From positions 3,712,001 through 3,776,000 of the forward strand of contig CBDCNP010000002.1 of assembly GCA_965219415.1 (NCBI GenBank): 64,000 nucleotides of DNA. Reading direction: 5' to 3'. Under the pieces are notes generated by a model that did not search any database, had not been told where the DNA came from, and was given only the letters and a program-made list of their open reading frames with translations. Made by a program: the position numbers and the translations under genes. This document shows positions 1-9,909 of the stretch, in pieces. Each line of letters starts with the position of its first letter. The first letter of the stretch is position 1. The DNA comes from Candidatus Marinacidobacterales bacterium (lineage in GTDB: Bacteria; Acidobacteriota; Vicinamibacteria; Marinacidobacterales; DATDRI01).

Positions 1-89
1 AAGACTTCATAAGATTTTCTGCCCATCTCTATAATGAAGCCGAGGATATTCAGAAGGCTTTAGAGGAGATCGACAGAATCTTGAATTGA
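1..89 (+). CDS. 3' end of a class V aminotransferase / cysteine desulfurase-like PLP enzyme (partial)
   Basis: Frame from nt 3 reads DFIRFSAHLYNEAEDIQKALEEIDRILN*, matching the R-x-S-x-H-x-Y-N C-terminal motif of class V aminotransferases. Confidence 0.65.
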   Translation, partial: DFIRFSAHLYNEAEDIQKALEEIDRILN

Positions 90-143
90 ACTCCTGCGTT
101 ACTTCATCGATAGATCGTCTGCAAGCATACAGGGCTAGTCTGA

Positions 144-1550
144 ATGGACCGAAACACGACCCACGACGGCAGCGCCGAGCTGGTACGCGGACTCGGCTTA
201 CTAGACTCCACCTTCCTTGTCATCGGAATCACCATCGGCTCGGGGATCTTCCTCACCACCGGCGTCATGGCCGAGTCTTTGCCATATCCGGGCTGGTTGC
301 TCGTCGCCTGGGCGGTGGGGGGTCTGCTGACGATGGCCGGAGCACTGACCTACGCGGAGCTCGGAGCGGCGATGCCGGAGGCGGGGGGGCAGTACGTCTA
401 CCTGCGGGAGGCCTATGGCCCTCTGTCGGCATTTCTGTTCGGTTGGATCATCTTCCTGGTGTACCAGCCGGGCGCCGTCGCCGCCGTGGCCACGGGCTTT
501 GCCGTGTACATGGGCTATTTCTTGCCCGGTCTCGCCATCGACAACGTGCTCGTCTCGGCCGTGGTGGGGGGGAAGAGCCTAACCCTTTCCGCCGGACAGC
601 TCGTCGCGGTCGCCATCATCATCTTCCTCACCGGGATGAACGTGCTCGGCCTCCGCATCGGAGCGCTGATCCAGAACGTCTCGACGATCCTCAAGGTCGC
701 GGCGATCGCGGTCTTCATCGTCCTGGGTCTCTGGGCCGGTCGCGGTCCGGCGCACGAGCTCCCAACCCTGCTGGGAGGAGGAGAGAGTCTCTCGCTCCTA
801 AGTGGCTTCGGTGTGGCACTGATTGCGGTCCTTTGGTCGTACGATGGCTTCACCAATCTCAACTTCTCCGCCAGCGAAATCAAAGAACCGGCCCGGACTC
901 TGCCACGGGCGCTCATCCTCGGGACTGCGGCGATAACCGCCACCTACCTCCTCGTGAATGTGGTGTACGTCCTGGCGTTACCCATTGCCGAGATGCAGGG
1001 GGTGCTTTCCGTGGCGGAGAAGGCGGCCTCGGCACTCCTGGGCCCCGGGGCGGCCACCTTCATTGCCGCTGCGATCGTGATCTCCACGTTCGGGTCCACG
1101 AACGGGTCGATCCTGGCGGGCGCACGGGTCTACTATGCCATGGCGGAAGACCGGCTCTTCTTTCGGTCGGTCGCCCGCGTTCATCCCCGCTACCGCACGC
1201 CTCATGTCTCCCTCTGGCTTCAGTGTTTCTGGGCGTCTGTCCTGGCGCTCTCAGGGACCTTCGAGCAGCTCTTTACCTACGCCACCTTCGCGGTGATTCT
1301 GCTCTACGTGGCTGCCGCGGCTAGCGTCTTCACTCTCAGGCGCACGCGTCCCGACCTCCCGCGCCCCTATAAGGTGTGGGGATACCCGGCAGTTCCGGCG
1401 TTCTTCCTGACGTCCGTAGTCGCCATCGCGATCACCGGCCTCATCGAGCGGCCTCTGGAGTCGTTCTCCGGACTCGGCGTCCTGGTCCTCGGCGTTCCCG
1501 TGTACTACTTCTGGAGACACAAAGGCCTGAGACGGGATTCCAAGGCTTGA
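144..1550 (+). CDS. APC family amino acid/polyamine permease (paralog 1)
   Basis: 468 aa, about 12 TM; GITIGSGIF, YAELGAAMPEAGGQYVYL and EIKEPARTLPRA motifs. Confidence 0.93.
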   Translation: MDRNTTHDGSAELVRGLGLLDSTFLVIGITIGSGIFLTTGVMAESLPYPGWLLVAWAVGGLLTMAGALTYAELGAAMPEAGGQYVYLREAYGPLSAFLFGWIIFLVYQPGAVAAVATGFAVYMGYFLPGLAIDNVLVSAVVGGKSLTLSAGQLVAVAIIIFLTGMNVLGLRIGALIQNVSTILKVAAIAVFIVLGLWAGRGPAHELPTLLGGGESLSLLSGFGVALIAVLWSYDGFTNLNFSASEIKEPARTLPRALILGTAAITATYLLVNVVYVLALPIAEMQGVLSVAEKAASALLGPGAATFIAAAIVISTFGSTNGSILAGARVYYAMAEDRLFFRSVARVHPRYRTPHVSLWLQCFWASVLALSGTFEQLFTYATFAVILLYVAAAASVFTLRRTRPDLPRPYKVWGYPAVPAFFLTSVVAIAITGLIERPLESFSGLGVLVLGVPVYYFWRHKGLRRDSKA

Positions 1551-1568
1551 TCAAAAGTGGCCTGACTT

Positions 1569-2745
1569 TCAGGAAGCACTACGTGTATCGCCAGTAACAA
1601 GATCGACTATGTAATACGCTAAAGTACTCGGAAGTGTCGAGGAGGCATTGGTGAAAAGGACCATGCCTATGTTGTCATCAGGCAAAAAAAGCACCTGTGT
1701 GCTTGTGCCTGTGGCGCCCCCAGTATGAAAAACTACTTTGTGGCCGTGATATGTTTCAAGAAACCATCCCAAACCATAATTTTGAAACGCATCAACTCTG
1801 CGCGGTCGGCTTATATGCATATGCGGCGTGACTAATTCCTTGAAACCTGCTTCTGAGAGCAGTTCTTTTCCAGCATGTTTCCCCTGATTGAGATTAAGAA
1901 TGACCCATATGAGCATATCGTCGATATTGGAAGCGAGCGTTCCTGCCGGCCTGATAGCCGTGCCCTCGAATTCAAATTCAATTCTTTTGACAGAGCCATC
2001 TTCAATGGCATGAGGGAAGGCGATATTGTGCTGGAAAGGGGAGGTCTTCTTCCGATAAATCTGTGAACTCCGTCCTCGTCATACCCAACGGTTCTAATAT
2101 TCTGTCGTGGATAACTTCTTCATATGTACTGTTTGCAACCTGACCGGCAACATAGCCGCCAGCCATGAACATTACATTGTTATATTGAAATCTCTCCCGG
2201 AACCCCACGTTGAGATCAGCGTTTTGTATGCTGGCAACCATCTCTTTCCGCGTCAGGGTACTCCCCATCCAGCTTACCGCACTCTCCGGAACGCCGGTCC
2301 GGTGAGTGACCAGGTCTTTCACGGTGATATGCGTTGAAACATAGTCATCATTATGAACGGCAAATGTCGGCACATAAGTACGGACGGGAGCGTCCCACTC
2401 GACGAGCCGCTCATCAACAAGCATGGCGAGCGCTGTCGTGGTAAAGGGTTTCGTGGAAGATCCGATAAGAAAAATAGACTGGGAACCAAGCGGAACACCT
2501 GTATTGGTATCTCTGGTTCCAAAACCCTCGGCAAGAATCACGTTGCCGTCTTTCATGATCCCCACCCCAAGCCCCGGGACTTTGGTTTCCTCCATCGTCT
2601 TTTTGATGTGTGCGCGTAGTGTTTCAAGTTGTTGTTCTTCAGTTTGACTTGCTTTCTGCACACTAGCGCGACAGAAAAATAAAGTAAGCAACAACAATGG
2701 GAGCGCAATCACCCCCCGGTAGTTTCCTTCCTTAATAGGCGGCAT
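1569..2745 (-). CDS. Serine hydrolase, beta-lactamase/AmpC-like family, frameshifted near 2035
   Basis: ORF 2002..2745 has a signal peptide, SxxK (GSSTK) and YNN. ORF 1569..1916 has YGLGW and HTG. The intervening frame reads through (..RPAGTLASNIDDMLIWV..). Confidence 0.8.
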
Positions 2746-2762
2746 TTATTGAACCTCGGGTC

Positions 2763-3933
2763 TTACTCGCTTAGCTCCTCCCGAAGGCGCTCGCCAATCG
2801 TCGTTTCCTGCCCGTCGACGATGCAGTCCACGGCGGCGACTAGCGTATCGACCAGAACGACGGTGGCGATGCTTGGATCGCCCACCGCGAGGGCGTCCGA
2901 CACCTGCTGGGCGGACCCGACCGCTCGAAGTAAAGCGAACCGCAGCGCAATTCACGGGTGCTTCGAGCAGGCGCTCATCCATCGTGAAATACTTCGGCCG
3001 AGCCTCGATTCCCGAGAGCCCCTGAAGCTTATCGAGGATCCGGTCTACACGACGCCCGTAGCTGGCCCAGCGCGCCTCGTGATCCATGGCCAACCATTCA
3101 TCGAGCGCGACCACGGTGCCCACGACCATCTGGCGGTCCATTTTGAAGGCCCGGCCGAACGTTCGGTAGAGCCCCGACTCGAACTCAGTGAAATCGACGC
3201 CCGCCACAGCATCCATGAGCTCCCGGCGGCCGCAGACAAACCCGCCCCCGTTCGGCCCGCCAAAGTACTTGGCACTGAAGCAAGCGAGGTCTGCGCCTGC
3301 CGCGGTGAAGCTTCCGAGGAAACTCGTCGGATAGTTCATGTACGCTGCGTCTACGAAGGTCGGGACGCCGTGCTCCCACGTTACCTCGAGCGTTTTCTTC
3401 AGGTCCAGAGTGTTGCCCTTGCCGTCGAGATGCGCCGGGAAGAGCAGCATCGCTGTGCGGGGACCGAGCACCTTCCGAAGCTGGTCGGCATTCGTTCCGT
3501 TCTTGTCTCCGGGCTCCACCAGTCTCGCGCCCGCCATCCGCGCGCAGCGGTCGTACTTGAACCGATGATTGTGTTGGATGACGACCTCGGCCTTGGTAAG
3601 GCCGGTGGTATCAGGCAGGCGCTCCCAGGCAGCGCCGTCCATCCCCGTCATGCAGGCGGCGGTACCCAAGGCGATGGCGGACGAGGCGCTGGGGGTGACC
3701 CGCGCCGACTCCGCGCCCACCAGCTCGGCGAGGTGCCGTCCGGTCGTCTCGAGTAGGTCCACCATGCTCACGTAGGATCGGTTGACCTCTTCCATGGCGG
3801 CCCAGACGGTGGGGGAGAGGATCGACCCACCGAGATCTGTATAAACTCCGCAGGCGTTAATGACGGGTCGGATACCGAGACGGCCAAAGATCGCCGGGGA
3901 TGTCGCCTCTGACGTTCGGGAAAACTTGCTCAT
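2763..3933 (-). CDS. SelA-like PLP-dependent enzyme (DgaE/D-glucosaminate-6-P ammonia-lyase-like), frameshift near 2920
   Basis: RPVINACGVYTDLGGS, VDAAY and ADLACFSAKYFGGPNGGG (PLP Lys). The alternate frame gives a natural C-terminus (..ALAVGDPSIATV..ERLREELSE*) ending at 2763. Confidence 0.8.
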
Positions 3934-3972
3934 TGACTTGTGAAAACCCCTTGAGACACCCTCGGACCCCTC

Positions 3973-4018
3973 TCAACAAAGAGCGGATTCTACTGTCGGT
4001 TTGCTCAACATGTCAACA
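3973..4018 (-). promoter_or_regulatory. sigma70 promoter for the SelA-like gene, with TCAACA repeats (possible GntR-type operator)
   Basis: Minus strand TTGACA (4016-4011), 18-bp spacer, TAGAAT (3992-3987). TCAACA occurs at 3973, 4005 and 4013. Confidence 0.6.
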
Positions 4019-4106
4019 AATTGATACGGTTCGATTCATGGTCTGATAGCGGTGTTGCTGTTCCTATGATTTTCTTCATAAGGGTGTAAACTACGCAAAT
4101 GGAGCA

Positions 4107-5324
4107 ATGACTATGAAAGCTTGGTACGTCGCACTAGCTGGCCTCCTGCTTCTCGGAGGCGCACTCTGGTTCGGCCACGTCGAACCCGATCCATCGGAGA
4201 AGCATCATCAACCGCGCCCTCGGAGCGGCACGTTCAGTTTCGATGTCTACGTCGACGACGGCACGATCCACCTCGTTCTCGCGGACTACGATTCTGGCTC
4301 GAAGACGCCCCGTCTACTGCATCGTCGCTCCGACGACGGGGGCGAAAGCTGGTCCGAACCCGTGCGCATCGACGGGAAAGCGACGCCGGCCTACCTGCCC
4401 TATCGAGGTGTCGATCCCCAAATCGCCGCCTTCGAGGACGAGCTCGTTGTCGTCTGGACGACGGCGGGCGACGACGTCTTCGGGTACGGGACGGGACCTC
4501 TCGCGACGGCAGTATCTTCGGACGGCGGCTCGAGCTGGCATCCGGGGCCGGACCCTTCCGACGACAACCTGACGACGGCGCACGAGTTCATCGATATGGC
4601 GGCCGGCGCCGACGGAGGTTTCCATCTCGTCTGGATCGATGATCGTGACGAGACGAAGGGCATTCGCCGCGGCCTGCGTTACGCACGCTCCTCGGACTCC
4701 GGCACCCACTGGAGCGCGAATACCACGATCGACGAGCACATCTGCGGCTGTTGCTGGACGCACCTCCGCACGGGTGGTGACGACCTGTACCTTCTCTACC
4801 GTGACGAGCATCCGGACCCGAGCGATATGAGGCTCGCCTTCTCTTCCGACAGCGGCAACGACTGGGAAGAACGATCGGTCGTCGGCCAGTTCGATTGGAT
4901 GCAACAGGGATGCCCGCACACGACGGGAGGTCTCGCTCAGACGGAATCGTGGCTTCACGCAGTCGTTCAAACGGGAAAAGAGGGCGAGGCCGGAATCTAC
5001 CACCTTGTCAGCGAGAACCAGGGTCGTGATTGGTCCGACCTGCATCGGCTGGTGGGTGAAGAGGGGCACTACGCGGACTTGGCTGCGTCGTCTGACGACG
5101 TCGCCATCATCTGGCAAGAGCAAAGGGGCACGCGTACGGTCATCGTCGGTGCGCAATCGCACGATGCGGGAAAAAGCTGGAACTCCCCCAGCATCCTTTC
5201 CGACACCGACGGTTCCGCAAGCTACCCGCGCGTCGTGGCGACAGGAGACGGCTTCCGCGCGTTGTGGACGGAATCCGAAGACGGCAGGAAACACACCTGG
5301 ACTAGCGTGGCCTTGAACCAGTGA
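4107..5324 (+). CDS. Exported sialidase-like BNR/Asp-box beta-propeller protein
   Basis: Signal peptide; repeated SxDxGxxW (SDDGGESW, SSDGGSSW, SSDSGTHW, SSDSGNDW, SHDAGKSW); CGCC and GCPH motifs. Confidence 0.85.
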   Translation: MTMKAWYVALAGLLLLGGALWFGHVEPDPSEKHHQPRPRSGTFSFDVYVDDGTIHLVLADYDSGSKTPRLLHRRSDDGGESWSEPVRIDGKATPAYLPYRGVDPQIAAFEDELVVVWTTAGDDVFGYGTGPLATAVSSDGGSSWHPGPDPSDDNLTTAHEFIDMAAGADGGFHLVWIDDRDETKGIRRGLRYARSSDSGTHWSANTTIDEHICGCCWTHLRTGGDDLYLLYRDEHPDPSDMRLAFSSDSGNDWEERSVVGQFDWMQQGCPHTTGGLAQTESWLHAVVQTGKEGEAGIYHLVSENQGRDWSDLHRLVGEEGHYADLAASSDDVAIIWQEQRGTRTVIVGAQSHDAGKSWNSPSILSDTDGSASYPRVVATGDGFRALWTESEDGRKHTWTSVALNQ

Positions 5325-5398
5325 TGGTCGTTAAAACCCCTCCCGAGACCTCCGAGCTCAACCTCCACTAAACGCCTGCCCCTTCAAGGACACACGAT

Positions 5399-6395
5399 TC
5401 ACTCCTCGGGCTTGTATTGCCATTGTTGAACCGTTCTTTTTCCTTGGTCAACAACGAAGATTGAGCCGTCATCTGCAACATCAATGCCTCCCATACCGCC
5501 AAACTCATTCTCATCCTCTGCGCCAAAAGCGGTGACGAAGGACCCGTCCTCCAGAAACACTTGAATGCGTTTGTTGCTTTTATCGCCGACATAGATCTTG
5601 TCTTCTGTATCAATAGCGAGTGATTTGGGATCCGCAAACCATCCGTCGAACGGGAACCAGTCGAAGTATGTGATGAAGGTGTTGTAGGCAAACGGGCCAC
5701 CCCATTTGAATTTATATTCCCCGTCTGCCCCATATACTTTTATCCGCTCGTTCCCGGAATCCAGTACGTAGACGAGGTTGCCATCGCGGCTGGTGACCAC
5801 ATCGAGCGGGTAATTGAATTGGTCGACACCAATACCCACGTCATCGGGAGTCCCCAGGTGGAGATGAAGTCACCTTCGGCCGTGTGACGTACCACCCGGT
5901 GATTATAAAAATCCATAATGACGATATTGCCGTTACCGTCGATGGTCAGGGCGGTCGGCCCTTCCATTTCACCATCACCGGTTCCAAGGCTGCCAAAAGA
6001 CCGTTTGAAGGTACCGTTCGGGTCGAACACGTCAATCCGGTTGTTTTCGTACGCGGCTACGTAAAGCTCACCGCCGCTAAAATATATGTTCCACGGTCTC
6101 TTGAACTCTCCATGAGCCTCGCCTTCCTTACCGAATTCGCGCCGATAATTGCCCTCCAAATCAAAGACTTTGATTTTGTGAATATTGACGTCGACGACGT
6201 AGACTTCGTCCTCATAGACTTTTAGTCCCGCCGGATAGATGAACTTCCCGGGTTCGCTTCCTGGTCCTCCCCAAACGCTAACCAATTTGTAATCACTGTC
6301 CAGTTCCTTGGTCATGAAAGCAGCCGCACTGAGCGCTGCTAGAACACAAATATGGCGAAGATCGTCAAGAGCAGATAAATGATGGTTTTCTTCAT
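5399..6395 (-). CDS. NHL-repeat beta-propeller protein, frameshifted near 5840 and near 6340
   Basis: GxGPGxFxxP..I.V.D..N.RI repeats across ORFs 5740..6315 and 5399..5839. ATG at 6395 begins a signal-like MKKTIIYLLLTIFAIFV in another frame. Confidence 0.75.
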
Positions 6396-6411
6396 AGCCC
6401 GCCGGACTTTT

Positions 6412-7335
6412 TCAGTCTGACCCGCCAAAATACAATCCGTCTTTGATCACACCCTTTTCAATAAGCACGTCAAGCTCAGCGACATCGTGAGCAATGACAA
6501 TGTGTGGGCCGTTTTGTCGCACTTGCTGCAACCATCGGATTACCGATGCTAAAGCCTCTCGATCCTCACCAAGCTTAGAACTAAGAGCGAGTGGTCTTTG
6601 CGAGCCGCTCTCAATAGCGGTCATCACCCAAACTACATCGCCGACAAGCAGCAGTTCTGTTCCACTATCAAGCTTGACATACACAATTTGAGAACCCGGT
6701 GTATGTCCAGGCGCCTTGATCAGGACGACTCCCTTTGCAATTGGCAATAATTCTTCATACCTGACTGACAGAAATTGGTCCGCACGTTCCTGAGAAATCT
6801 GAATACCTGGGTGATCCGGCCCCTCTACAAGAGTTTCCAGCTGCTCGGTAGTTAGCAAAGCTCGCCTCTCTGCGTCGGCAGCCCAGGGGCCGCGTATAAG
6901 TCCTGCGATGTGGTCGGCATGCTCATGGGTCGCAACCATTAGGCTAGCACCTCGAAATGCCTCACCAACAAGCTCGAAGTCTTCGTCGGAAAATTCGACG
7001 TCCCAATCGATCATCTCTTTCTCGGCACCTCCGTCCACCATGATCCAACCGTCGGGAAATCGAATCTGGAAGACTCCAACGGCCCCTGGGGCAAGGTCCG
7101 ACGGCGCGTCTTCGACCCACGCAGACAACGGCTCCGAGTAGTAGGCAAATCCCTGGAAGCGAACCTCGAGCGGCAGGTCCCCTGGGACCATACGCGACGC
7201 TGCACGAACTCGCTCGATTAGCCCGTCGTCGAACTGCTGGGCTTGGACCGGCTGCACTATGGCAAGGATGAGGACAACGACGACGATTTCACTTATCCGG
7301 ATAATGCCGCTATGGCCAAGTTTTTTCATTGCCAT
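6412..7335 (-). CDS. Exported MBL-fold metallo-hydrolase
   Basis: THEHADH, PGHTPGS, GD and AHD motifs; signal peptide. Confidence 0.85.
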   Translation of the reverse strand: MAMKKLGHSGIIRISEIVVVVLILAIVQPVQAQQFDDGLIERVRAASRMVPGDLPLEVRFQGFAYYSEPLSAWVEDAPSDLAPGAVGVFQIRFPDGWIMVDGGAEKEMIDWDVEFSDEDFELVGEAFRGASLMVATHEHADHIAGLIRGPWAADAERRALLTTEQLETLVEGPDHPGIQISQERADQFLSVRYEELLPIAKGVVLIKAPGHTPGSQIVYVKLDSGTELLLVGDVVWVMTAIESGSQRPLALSSKLGEDREALASVIRWLQQVRQNGPHIVIAHDVAELDVLIEKGVIKDGLYFGGSD

Positions 7336-7427
7336 ATTTTGCCGCTCTTAACTTGTACGGTCAACGTTATTTACGTAACTATCGATAGTCAACTCCCTTC
7401 ATTGCCCGGATGCTCGTAACACGGAGC

Positions 7428-7461
7428 TTGACATATCGACCCCTAGACTTGTATAGACAAG
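7428..7461 (+). promoter_or_regulatory. hut promoter with overlapping HutC operator CTTGTATAGACAAG
   Basis: TTGACA at 7428-7433. The near-palindrome at 7448-7461 covers the -10 region and matches the known enteric HutC operator core, directly upstream of hutC. Confidence 0.85.
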
Positions 7462-7481
7462 CATAGGCAACCGCCCTACAG

Positions 7482-8276
7482 GTGACGTTTCATATGCGAG
7501 AGAACACCGGCCTCGAGAATGACCTTCAGCGGATGAGGCACTTCGTCCATTCGACCGCGAGGTCACCCCAGCCCATTTACCAGAAAGTCAAAAAGTTCAT
7601 TGAACAGCAAATGTTGTCGGGTGCTTGGCCGCCTGACATGAAAATTCCTTCGGAAAACCAGTTAGTTAAGATTCTGGGGATTTCCAGGATGACCGTTCAC
7701 CGCGCTCTGCGCGAGCTGACTGTCGATGGACATTTAGTGCGTCTCCACGGCGTCGGCACATTCGTTGCAGCACCCAAAGCACGTTCGGCGCTGCTTGAAA
7801 TAAAGAGCATTGCTGAAGAAATCAAAGATCGGGGTGGGATCCACACCAGTAAGCTCCATCTCTTGGAAGAAGAGCCGGCCTCCCCGCATCTGGCAGCCGC
7901 CATGGGCCTGCCGATGCGAGGCCTCATATACCACTCGATCACCGTACATCGTGACTCCGGTCTCCCCGTTCAGCTCTCCGACCGATATGTCAATCCTGTA
8001 TTCGCGCCCGACTATATCAAGCAGGAGTTTTTGAAAATTACGCCGAGTGAATACTTGCTGAAGGTCGCACGCCCCGACGAAGTGGAACATGTGATCGAGG
8101 CATCCATGCCGAATACGCAAATGCAGTCACTTCTTGAAATCGCCGAGTCCGAGCCGTGTCTCATTCTTCATCGCACGACCTGGGTCAAGGGTCTATTAGC
8201 CACAAACAATCGCATAGTATGGCCCGGTTCTCGTCATAGCATCGGCGGTCGATTCCGGCCGATGTCACAGGCATAA
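7482..8276 (+). CDS. hutC: Histidine utilization repressor (GntR HTH + UTRA); true start may be downstream
   Basis: PIYQKVK..IPSENQL..ISRMTVHRALREL..GVGTFVA..EIKSIAEEI; first gene of the hut operon. Confidence 0.92.
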   Translation: MTFHMRENTGLENDLQRMRHFVHSTARSPQPIYQKVKKFIEQQMLSGAWPPDMKIPSENQLVKILGISRMTVHRALRELTVDGHLVRLHGVGTFVAAPKARSALLEIKSIAEEIKDRGGIHTSKLHLLEEEPASPHLAAAMGLPMRGLIYHSITVHRDSGLPVQLSDRYVNPVFAPDYIKQEFLKITPSEYLLKVARPDEVEHVIEASMPNTQMQSLLEIAESEPCLILHRTTWVKGLLATNNRIVWPGSRHSIGGRFRPMSQA

Positions 8277-8347
8277 CGCATGACCAGGTAGGAGTTTTCT
8301 TGTTTTTTTGCGTCAACGATACCTGTATTTTTTTTAGGAGATGACAG

Positions 8348-9871
8348 GTGACAGTAGAAATAACCGGATCTGAGTTGACCATTGAAAATGTAGTACAGGT
8401 AGCCAGGGAAAATGAAGAAGTCAAGCTACATCCCGATGCTCTTCAACGAATAAAAACGTGTCGAAATATGCTCGAGGAAAAAATCACCGCCGGGGAGATT
8501 GTGTATGGGGTCAATACCGGAATCGGTGAGTTCTCAGAAGTTGTTCTCAGTGACGATCAGGTTCAAGATTTTCAAAAATATCTGGTCTACAACCATGCCG
8601 CTGGAATCGGAGAGCCGGCTCCACTGGAGTTTGTCAGGGGTTCGATGTTGAGCAGAGCGAACGTTCATGCTCATGGCAATTCGGGTGGCCGGCCCGAGGT
8701 CACTCTTACCTTGATCGAAATGCTCAATAAAGGCGTGACTCCCTATGTTTGTCAGAAGGGATCGGTAGCTGCGTGCGGCGATCTCGCCCCCATGGCCCAA
8801 ATAGCCCTGCTTCTCTTGGGAGAAGGCCGGGCTTATTACCGTGGCCGGCTCATGGATGGTAGAAAGGCCATGGATAGTGCCGGGATTCCCATCCCGGGAT
8901 TGCGTGCACGAGACGGGCTCGCAGTCATCAACGGTTCCAACGTAATTACGGCAATGAGTGCTCTGCTGCTCTTTGATACAAACAACTGGCTCAAACAGGC
9001 GGAAATAGCGGCGGCTATGTCCTTGGAAGCTCTAAAGGCGAACATGAAGCCCTACACTCCGCTGATTCACGAGGTTCGGGGCTTCAAAGGTGCTATTCGT
9101 TCCGCGAAAGCAATACGAAAGCTGGTCGACGGCGGCGATCTGGTGGAGGGCGGAATCAAATGTAAAGTGCAGGATGCCTACTCTATGCGCTCGACGCCGC
9201 AGGTGATCGGAGCAGTTCATGATGCGGTCGCTTATGCGCGTTCACAAGTGGAAATAGAATTGAACGGCGTCGGCGATAATCCTCTCTTTTTCCCGGATAA
9301 GAAACTGCATCTGTCGGGTGCAAACTTTCAAGGTACTCCGGTATCTCTCCCCATGGACATGGTCGGCGCCGCTATCACAATGGTCAGCGTCATGTCCGAG
9401 CGCAGAATGAATCGGCTGAACAATCCGGCGTTGAGTGTCGGGTTGCCAGCCTTCTTGACAAAAGGTGCCGGCATGTTCTCGGGTTTGATGCTGAGTCAAT
9501 ATACCGCCGACATGCAGATCGTCGAACAGCGCATACTTTCTGTACCCGCTTCGATTCAATCTATCCCCGCCGCGGCCGATCAGGAAGACTTCGTTTCAAT
9601 GGGGATGAATACCGCAATCAAAAACCAGCAGATCCTCGATAACGCGTACGGGATTTTGGGTATCGAGCTCATGGCAGCCGCCCAGGCCCTGGATTTTCGC
9701 GATTACAAGTTTGGCAAAGGAGTAACGAAAGCCAAGGAAGTGATCCGCAGACATGTTGACTTCCTCGATATCGATAGGCCGCTCTATGTCGATCACACGA
9801 AAATGCAAGAATTGGTCAAATCGTGTGAGATCTTGGACGAGGTGGAGCATACGGTTGGGAGCCTCGAATAG
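8348..9871 (+). CDS. hutH: Histidine ammonia-lyase-family (MIO) enzyme with an Ala-Cys-Gly triad
   Basis: YGVNTGIG, NHAAGIG, GSVAACGDLAP, INGS, VQDAYSMRSTPQV, DNP, NFQG and QEDFVSMG; hut context. Confidence 0.85.
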   Translation: MTVEITGSELTIENVVQVARENEEVKLHPDALQRIKTCRNMLEEKITAGEIVYGVNTGIGEFSEVVLSDDQVQDFQKYLVYNHAAGIGEPAPLEFVRGSMLSRANVHAHGNSGGRPEVTLTLIEMLNKGVTPYVCQKGSVAACGDLAPMAQIALLLLGEGRAYYRGRLMDGRKAMDSAGIPIPGLRARDGLAVINGSNVITAMSALLLFDTNNWLKQAEIAAAMSLEALKANMKPYTPLIHEVRGFKGAIRSAKAIRKLVDGGDLVEGGIKCKVQDAYSMRSTPQVIGAVHDAVAYARSQVEIELNGVGDNPLFFPDKKLHLSGANFQGTPVSLPMDMVGAAITMVSVMSERRMNRLNNPALSVGLPAFLTKGAGMFSGLMLSQYTADMQIVEQRILSVPASIQSIPAAADQEDFVSMGMNTAIKNQQILDNAYGILGIELMAAAQALDFRDYKFGKGVTKAKEVIRRHVDFLDIDRPLYVDHTKMQELVKSCEILDEVEHTVGSLE

Positions 9872-9909
9872 GCGACATTCCGATGCTTCCATGAGAGGAG
9901 CTCAGTTCT

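Noticed and set aside
2763-3933. Selenocysteine synthase / Sec machinery
   Set aside because: DgaE-like features, and no selB, selC, selD or in-frame TGA selenoprotein was seen.
1569-7335. Antibiotic-resistance genes (serine beta-lactamase fold, MBL fold)
   Set aside because: Only generic fold motifs, in a catabolic context; resistance function cannot be supported.
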